This document shows, piece after piece, positions 32,395-36,033 of a stretch of 36,033 bases of DNA. The notes beneath the pieces are model-generated. The model saw only the letters and a program-made list of their open reading frames with translations. It searched no databases and was not told the DNA's origin. The stretch's first letter is position 1. Each line of letters starts with the position of its first letter. The DNA is from a virus. Position numbers and translations under genes: made by a program. The stretch covers positions 1 through 36,033 of IMG/VR virus record IMGVR_UViG_3300045988_125363. One strand, written 5' to 3'.

Positions 32395-32445
32395 AAAAAA
32401 TCCCCCGGGCGATGTTCGCGCATCACCTGGGGGATTTTTTGTTTT
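32395..32445. terminator. Bidirectional terminator AAAAAATCCCCC-N22-GGGGGATTTTTT
   Basis: 12-bp arms at 32395..32406 and 32429..32440. It sits just beyond the stop (32449) of the minus-strand 58-aa gene and about 60 nt after the plus-strand promoter. Confidence 0.7.
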
Positions 32446-32448
32446 ATC

Positions 32449-32625
32449 TTAGATTTCCACGCCAAGCTTCTTGGATGCTGCATACACGACGGATTCAAAG
32501 CTTTCCCCGTCTGCTGCGTCCCACTCGGCGGTCATATCAGCGGCCTCGCACAGCTCTGCGCACAAGTCGTTGTCCCACTCATTGGAGTTGCGGATATCGG
32601 CAGCGATTTCATAAGCGTTTCTCAT
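32449..32625 (-). CDS. Small strongly acidic protein (58 aa)
   Basis: ORF-track 32449..32640 trimmed to ATG 32625 behind GGAGGT. 14 D/E against 4 K/R. MRNAYEIAADIRNSNEWDNDLCAELCEAADMTAEWDAADGESFESVVYAASKKLGVEI. Confidence 0.6.
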   Translation of the reverse strand: MRNAYEIAADIRNSNEWDNDLCAELCEAADMTAEWDAADGESFESVVYAASKKLGVEI

Positions 32626-32649
32626 AATGGTTACCTCCATGTGTTTGTA

Positions 32650-32729
32650 TGGTGTCTTTCACTGTCTCTATTATACGCTCATTGAGCGTATAAGTCAAGG
32701 ATTTTACAAAAATTTTATGCTCAATGAAC
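32650..32729 (-). promoter_or_regulatory. Promoter/operator module A: TTGACT-17 nt-TATAAT with palindrome GCTCA-T-TGAGC in the spacer and a second half-degenerate copy 42 bp upstream
   Basis: Plus-strand coordinates: -10 at 32670..32675, -35 at 32693..32698, O1 at 32677..32687, O2 at 32719..32729, 5'UTR motif GTGAAAGACACC at 32651..32662. 69/80 positions are identical to module B. Confidence 0.75.
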
Positions 32730-32737
32730 AACTTTTT

Positions 32738-33061
32738 TCACAGCAGTTTATAATGCTCGGCCAGCAAAAAGCGGACATACACAGGGCATTCTCTTGTACA
32801 GCCACACCAGCCTTGGAGTGTGCGGTAAGGAACCCCGGCCCGTTTGGCAAAAGCGGTCTTGGACAGGCCAGAGCGGGCCACTAAATCCCGCATAGGCAGG
32901 TGAGCCACATCCCAAATGGCGGACAGTCTTTCCTTCTCGGCGTCCAGATCGGCGCACCCGTCAGCATCGTCCGGGACACTGAGGTTGACATTGTTGAGGA
33001 AAGCCTCACGAGAGATTGCAGGGTTGGTTGCCATAACAAAAAGCTCAGCAGTAGTATACAT
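32738..33061 (-). CDS. HTH (XRE-like, C-terminal) regulator, Aca-like/antitoxin-like candidate (107 aa)
   Basis: ORF-track 32738..33085 trimmed to ATG 33061 behind AAAGGAG. MRDLVARSGLSKTAFAKRAGVPYRTLQGWCGCTRECPVYVRFLL. Confidence 0.7.
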   Translation of the reverse strand: MYTTAELFVMATNPAISREAFLNNVNLSVPDDADGCADLDAEKERLSAIWDVAHLPMRDLVARSGLSKTAFAKRAGVPYRTLQGWCGCTRECPVYVRFLLAEHYKLL

Positions 33062-33081
33062 TTTTCTTCTCCTTTCAAGCG

Positions 33082-33435
33082 TCAAACACGGTCTTTTGCA
33101 GAGAGCGTCACTTTGTGGATGAATCCATCTGGGAATCTCTCACCACTCCAGAGAGAGCCAAGAACGCCGTCGCCGCCGTTGTCGATGGGGTACTCATAAA
33201 AGGCAGTCATACCAAAGCGGTCATTAGAGCGGCGCAGCTTCACGATACGGTCTGGAGCAAGCGCGATCTCGCGGGTGAGTTTGCCGTTTTTGTCCAGTGC
33301 GTCCTCGCACACCCACTGGAGCGCCGAGACAAACTCATCCATGGTGATGGTAGAGTGAGCGGCCCAGTCCTTAAAAATGCAACTGTCGCCTGCAAGAACG
33401 ATCTTCTTTTTGATTTCAAAGCTGTTCATCGTCAT
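33082..33435 (-). CDS. Hypothetical protein (117 aa), first gene of the module-B operon
   Basis: ORF-track 33082..33468 trimmed to ATG 33435 behind GGAGGAAA. No motif recognised. Confidence 0.6.
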   Translation of the reverse strand: MTMNSFEIKKKIVLAGDSCIFKDWAAHSTITMDEFVSALQWVCEDALDKNGKLTREIALAPDRIVKLRRSNDRFGMTAFYEYPIDNGGDGVLGSLWSGERFPDGFIHKVTLSAKDRV

Positions 33436-33455
33436 TTTCGTTTCCTCCATTTGCG

Positions 33456-33535
33456 TGGTGTCTTTCACTGTCTATATTATACGCTCATTGAGCATAAAAG
33501 TCAAGACTTTTTGCAAAATTTTGTGTTCAATGAGC
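33456..33535 (-). promoter_or_regulatory. Promoter/operator module B (same architecture as module A)
   Basis: -10 at 33476..33481, -35 at 33499..33504 (TTGACT-17-TATAAT on the minus strand), O1 GCTCATTGAGC at 33483..33493, O2 GTTCAATGAGC at 33525..33535. Confidence 0.75.
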
Positions 33536-33548
33536 GTAAAAAGAAAAA

Positions 33549-33590
33549 GTGCTCATGCGGCTTTGTGCCGTGTGGGCGCTTTTTCTTTTT
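33549..33590 (+). terminator. Plus-strand-specific terminator-like hairpin
   Basis: GUGCUCAUGCGG-N7-CCGUGUGGGCGC, 12 bp including 4 G-U pairs, flanked by AAAAA and TTTTTCTTTTT. An 11-bp tandem repeat CGTTCGTTTGA x2 follows at 33593..33614. Confidence 0.4.
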
Positions 33591-33664
33591 GGCGTTCGTT
33601 TGACGTTCGTTTGACGCACGGATTCTGGAAAGCTGGTAAGATGGAGCCGCAAGGAGGGATTTAT

Positions 33665-34120
33665 ATGCCGTATTTGTATGATCCTTACACAGGCAAGCCT
33701 TTACCGCCACCGCCCCGGGAATTTGGCTGGATGCAATCCGCCGCTGCTGCACCAACGGCGGCGCAGGCCCAGCCGGAACAAAAAGACCCGTGGATCATGG
33801 TGCCCACCATCGCCGACGTGGACAAAGTGAGCGTGGACCGGGGCGAAACAAAATGGATCATGGTGCAGTCCGACCAGATTTTCGCCGTTAAGACCGCAAA
33901 CGCCATGGGCTACGCTCCGGCGGAGTATTACCGCTTTGAACAAATCGACCCGGCCATGCTGAGCCCCGCTGCATCTGTCCCCGGCGGGCAGCAGCTCACA
34001 CGGGCAGACGTGGAACAAATCGTGGACGCCAAAGCCCAGGAGCTGATAGGCCAGTATCTGGCCATGAAGCCCACAGCCGCACAGCCGACCCCCAAGACGA
34101 AGAAGGAGGCCACACAATGA
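33665..34120 (+). CDS. Hypothetical protein (151 aa)
   Basis: ORF-track 33377..34120 trimmed to ATG 33665 behind AAGGAGGG. Pro-rich N-terminus. Confidence 0.6.
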   Translation: MPYLYDPYTGKPLPPPPREFGWMQSAAAAPTAAQAQPEQKDPWIMVPTIADVDKVSVDRGETKWIMVQSDQIFAVKTANAMGYAPAEYYRFEQIDPAMLSPAASVPGGQQLTRADVEQIVDAKAQELIGQYLAMKPTAAQPTPKTKKEATQ

Positions 34121-34452
34121 GCAATCCTCTTGCAAACAGAATCGGCCCTCAGAGAGCCCCGCAGGCGTCTCAGGGCACGCTCATGAGCCAGCTGCCCGGC
34201 ATCATGAAGCAGGCCCGGCAGGTTATCGCCGTCATCAACGCGGCGCAGAACCCGCAGAAGGCCCTTATGGACTACTGCGACAAGTCCGGCGTTTTTGAGG
34301 GATACACGGGCAGCCGTGACCCCGAAAGCATGGCCAGGTGGCTGGCCGAAAAGAACGGCGTCCCTCTGGACGACGTCATCACGATGCTCCACGGCCCCGG
34401 TGCACAGGGGCTTGGAAATAAGCTTACAAAATTTTTGAAAGGTGGTTTTTGA
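34117..34452 (+). CDS. Hypothetical protein (111 aa)
   Basis: GAAGGAGG RBS and an ATGA overlap. Confidence 0.6.
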   Translation: MSNPLANRIGPQRAPQASQGTLMSQLPGIMKQARQVIAVINAAQNPQKALMDYCDKSGVFEGYTGSRDPESMARWLAEKNGVPLDDVITMLHGPGAQGLGNKLTKFLKGGF

Positions 34453-34454
34453 CA

Positions 34455-35072
34455 ATGACCGATGAGACTACGAGCGGCATGGGCGCTGGTTTCTGGATCT
34501 TCGCGCTGGTTGTCCTGGTGCTGATCGTCGTGATGTGTATGCGCGGCGGTCTGGGCTTTGGCAGCGGCATGAGCGTGCCTCCTAACGTGGCTACTGCTGG
34601 CGACGTGCAGCGCTCCACGGACTTTGCCGCGCTGGAGCGGCAGAACAACGAGGGCGTGGCCGCGACCCGGCAGGGCGTCTATGACGTCGCTGCCGCCGTG
34701 AAGGACGGCAATTATGACATCCTCGGCGAGCTGCGCGACCTGGAAAGTGCCTCCAACGCTGGCTTTGCACAGCAGCAGATCTGCTGCTGTGAGACCAACC
34801 GCAATATCGACTCTGTCCGCTATGACATGAGCAACTTTGCGGCGGCGATCAAGGAGAACCAGACGGCAGGCATCCAGAAGGTGCTGGAGCAGCTGGCAGC
34901 CAATCGCTACGGCGATCTGGAGCGGGCATATACTCAGCAGTATATGCAGAACGCCATCCAGCAGGCTGTTTGCGGCATCCCTAAGGCATCGCCCTTTGCC
35001 TACCAGCTGGCCCCCGCATGGGGCCCGGCTCCTAACCCCGGCTGCGGTGCCTATTGGGGCAACGCGGCTTAA
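34455..35072 (+). CDS. Single-pass membrane protein with a Cys cluster (205 aa)
   Basis: TM GAGFWIFALVVLVLIVVMCM. QQICCCETNRNIDSVRYDMSNF. The ORF-track TTG 34449 was replaced by ATG 34455. Confidence 0.6.
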   Translation: MTDETTSGMGAGFWIFALVVLVLIVVMCMRGGLGFGSGMSVPPNVATAGDVQRSTDFAALERQNNEGVAATRQGVYDVAAAVKDGNYDILGELRDLESASNAGFAQQQICCCETNRNIDSVRYDMSNFAAAIKENQTAGIQKVLEQLAANRYGDLERAYTQQYMQNAIQQAVCGIPKASPFAYQLAPAWGPAPNPGCGAYWGNAA

Positions 35073-35104
35073 ATCCCCCACATCTTCGCTTTAACAGCGC
35101 ACGA

Positions 35105-35140
35105 CCCCCACGGCAAGCGCTGTGGGGGCATTTATTTTAA
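35105..35140 (+). terminator. Terminator-like hairpin cccccac-N10-gtggggg followed by CATTTATTTTA
   Basis: Arms at 35105..35111 and 35122..35128. Confidence 0.5.
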
Positions 35141-35155
35141 GGAGATGATTCTTTT

Positions 35156-35605
35156 ATGACTTCCTGCATGAAAAATCCGCACTATAAGAGTGCCGTCGAG
35201 TCTTACAACACCGCCACGCAGGCGCTGACCACTACCCCGGCCCCTCTGGGCCTGACTGGCACCGTCCTCACCAATACGGGCGTCTCCCTCAGTCCTGAAC
35301 AGGCAGCAGTAAAAATCAACAACGCCGGGCTCTATCAGGCTTGGGCAAACGTCCAGGCTCTGGCGACCGCTGCGGGCGATATCGTCATCGGCCTGTATCT
35401 GGACGGTGTGCTGCTGCCCGAAACTCGGCGAACCGTGACCGCTGCTGCCAATGCTACCGTGTCCATCACCACCGATATGCTGCGCAGCATCCCCTGCGAT
35501 TGCAACTCCCACACCCTCCAGCTTTATGGGTGGGTCGTCGGCGCCGCTGCCGCAAGCGTGACCTTTGCTCAGATGGCCACTGTGAAGCAGGCGGGGAGGG
35601 CGTAA
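35156..35605 (+). CDS. Possible C1q/TNF-like (BclA C-terminal-domain-like) beta-sandwich protein (149 aa)
   Basis: The pattern INNAGLYQAWANVQALATAAGDIVIGLYLDGVLLPETRRTV...HTLQLYG resembles BclA-CTD-type jelly rolls (from memory). Confidence 0.35.
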   Translation: MTSCMKNPHYKSAVESYNTATQALTTTPAPLGLTGTVLTNTGVSLSPEQAAVKINNAGLYQAWANVQALATAAGDIVIGLYLDGVLLPETRRTVTAAANATVSITTDMLRSIPCDCNSHTLQLYGWVVGAAAASVTFAQMATVKQAGRA

Positions 35606-35608
35606 GCC

Positions 35609-36033
35609 ATGCGCGAATTTGAGAATCTGCGCCAGCAGATGCTGGAGGAGCTCAAAAAAATCGGAGCGAAAGGTGAGCTCTGCCACCGCGATCTGCGCGA
35701 TGCACTCGACCTCATCAACAGCCTGAACGGCTTAAAGAAACTCAACCCGCACGGCGAAGAGCCGGAACAAGCAGGCGCCGGATCTGAGCATCTGACCATG
35801 GACCAGGCTAAAAAGTGGGTAGGCGCAATGCAAAACGCCGACGGTACCACCGGGCCGCACTGGAGCTATGAGACTGCTTTTCAGCTCATGAGCTCCCGCA
35901 AGATCACCTGCCACTCCACCGATTTTTGGGTCACACTCTGCATGATGTACAGCGATTACTGCGCCGTGGCCAAAGAGTACGGGGCCGACACCCCCGCCTT
36001 TTATGCTGATATGGCAGCAGCCTTCCTGCACGA
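35609..36033 (+). CDS. 5' part of the junction-spanning hypothetical gene (continues at 1..177)
   Basis: ATG 35609 lies 4 nt after the previous stop. It is not in the ORF track because it has no stop inside the window. MREFENLRQQMLEELKK...HLTMDQAKKWVGAMQNADGTTGPHWSYETAFQLM... Confidence 0.7.
   Translation, partial: MREFENLRQQMLEELKKIGAKGELCHRDLRDALDLINSLNGLKKLNPHGEEPEQAGAGSEHLTMDQAKKWVGAMQNADGTTGPHWSYETAFQLMSSRKITCHSTDFWVTLCMMYSDYCAVAKEYGADTPAFYADMAAAFLH
35915..36033. repeat. Terminal direct repeat copy 2 (119 bp)
   Basis: Identical to 1..119. Confidence 0.95.

Larger units (their letters stand above)
1..36033. mobile_element. Complete temperate siphovirus-type phage genome on a circularly closed contig (unique length 35914 bp)
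   Basis: Module order is readable from the ORF translations: int/repressor, accessory island, recombination, replication/partition, HNH-terS-terL, portal/capsid, tail, lysis, cargo, attP-like region. Nt 1..119 equal 35915..36033 and one ORF reads across the junction. Confidence 0.9.

Overview
This window is a complete temperate tailed-phage (siphovirus-type) genome on a circularly closed contig. Nt 1..119 are repeated exactly at 35915..36033, giving a unique length of 35914 bp, and one ORF reads across that junction. The base composition is GC-rich; spot counts of 60-nt lines gave about 58-68% GC in core genes. The style looks like a Firmicutes/Clostridia phage, but I cannot verify the host.

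Layout:
- attP-like region with a tRNA 3'-end fragment (about 175-394)
- tyrosine integrase and an XRE repressor candidate on the minus strand (363-2148)
- accessory island with a lipoprotein, a DUF4041 + T5orf172 nuclease-like protein and an HTH (2648-5217)
- switch-like intergenic region (5218-5603)
- early genes, including a Sak/Rad52-like, NinB-like, HNH and SSB recombination set (5604-9252)
- plasmid-like module: replication initiator with internal iterons, ParA, ParB (9265-12949)
- late regulator candidates, a 9-bp tandem array and a terminator-rich leader (12969-14428)
- HNH, terS, terL, portal, head, tail (with a -1 frameshift chaperone) and tape measure, then baseplate/fibre genes (14429-30352)
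- GH25 endolysin and holin candidates (30364-31875)
- a minus-strand cluster driven by two near-identical consensus promoter/operator modules (32449-33535)
- five uncharacterised rightward cargo genes that run into the junction.

No rRNA, complete tRNA, CRISPR array or transposase was seen.

Most interesting items:
- the twin-promoter small-protein/HTH cluster (acr/aca-like or TA-like), with a candidate antisense sRNA
- the injection-defence-like island, whose lipoprotein is built from two copies of a domain also encoded in the tail module
- a 21-nt palindromic element present three times at module boundaries
- a 9-bp x 10 tandem array
- the combination of integrase/attP with rep-iteron-parAB.

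All family names come from motif recognition by eye. No database search was possible.
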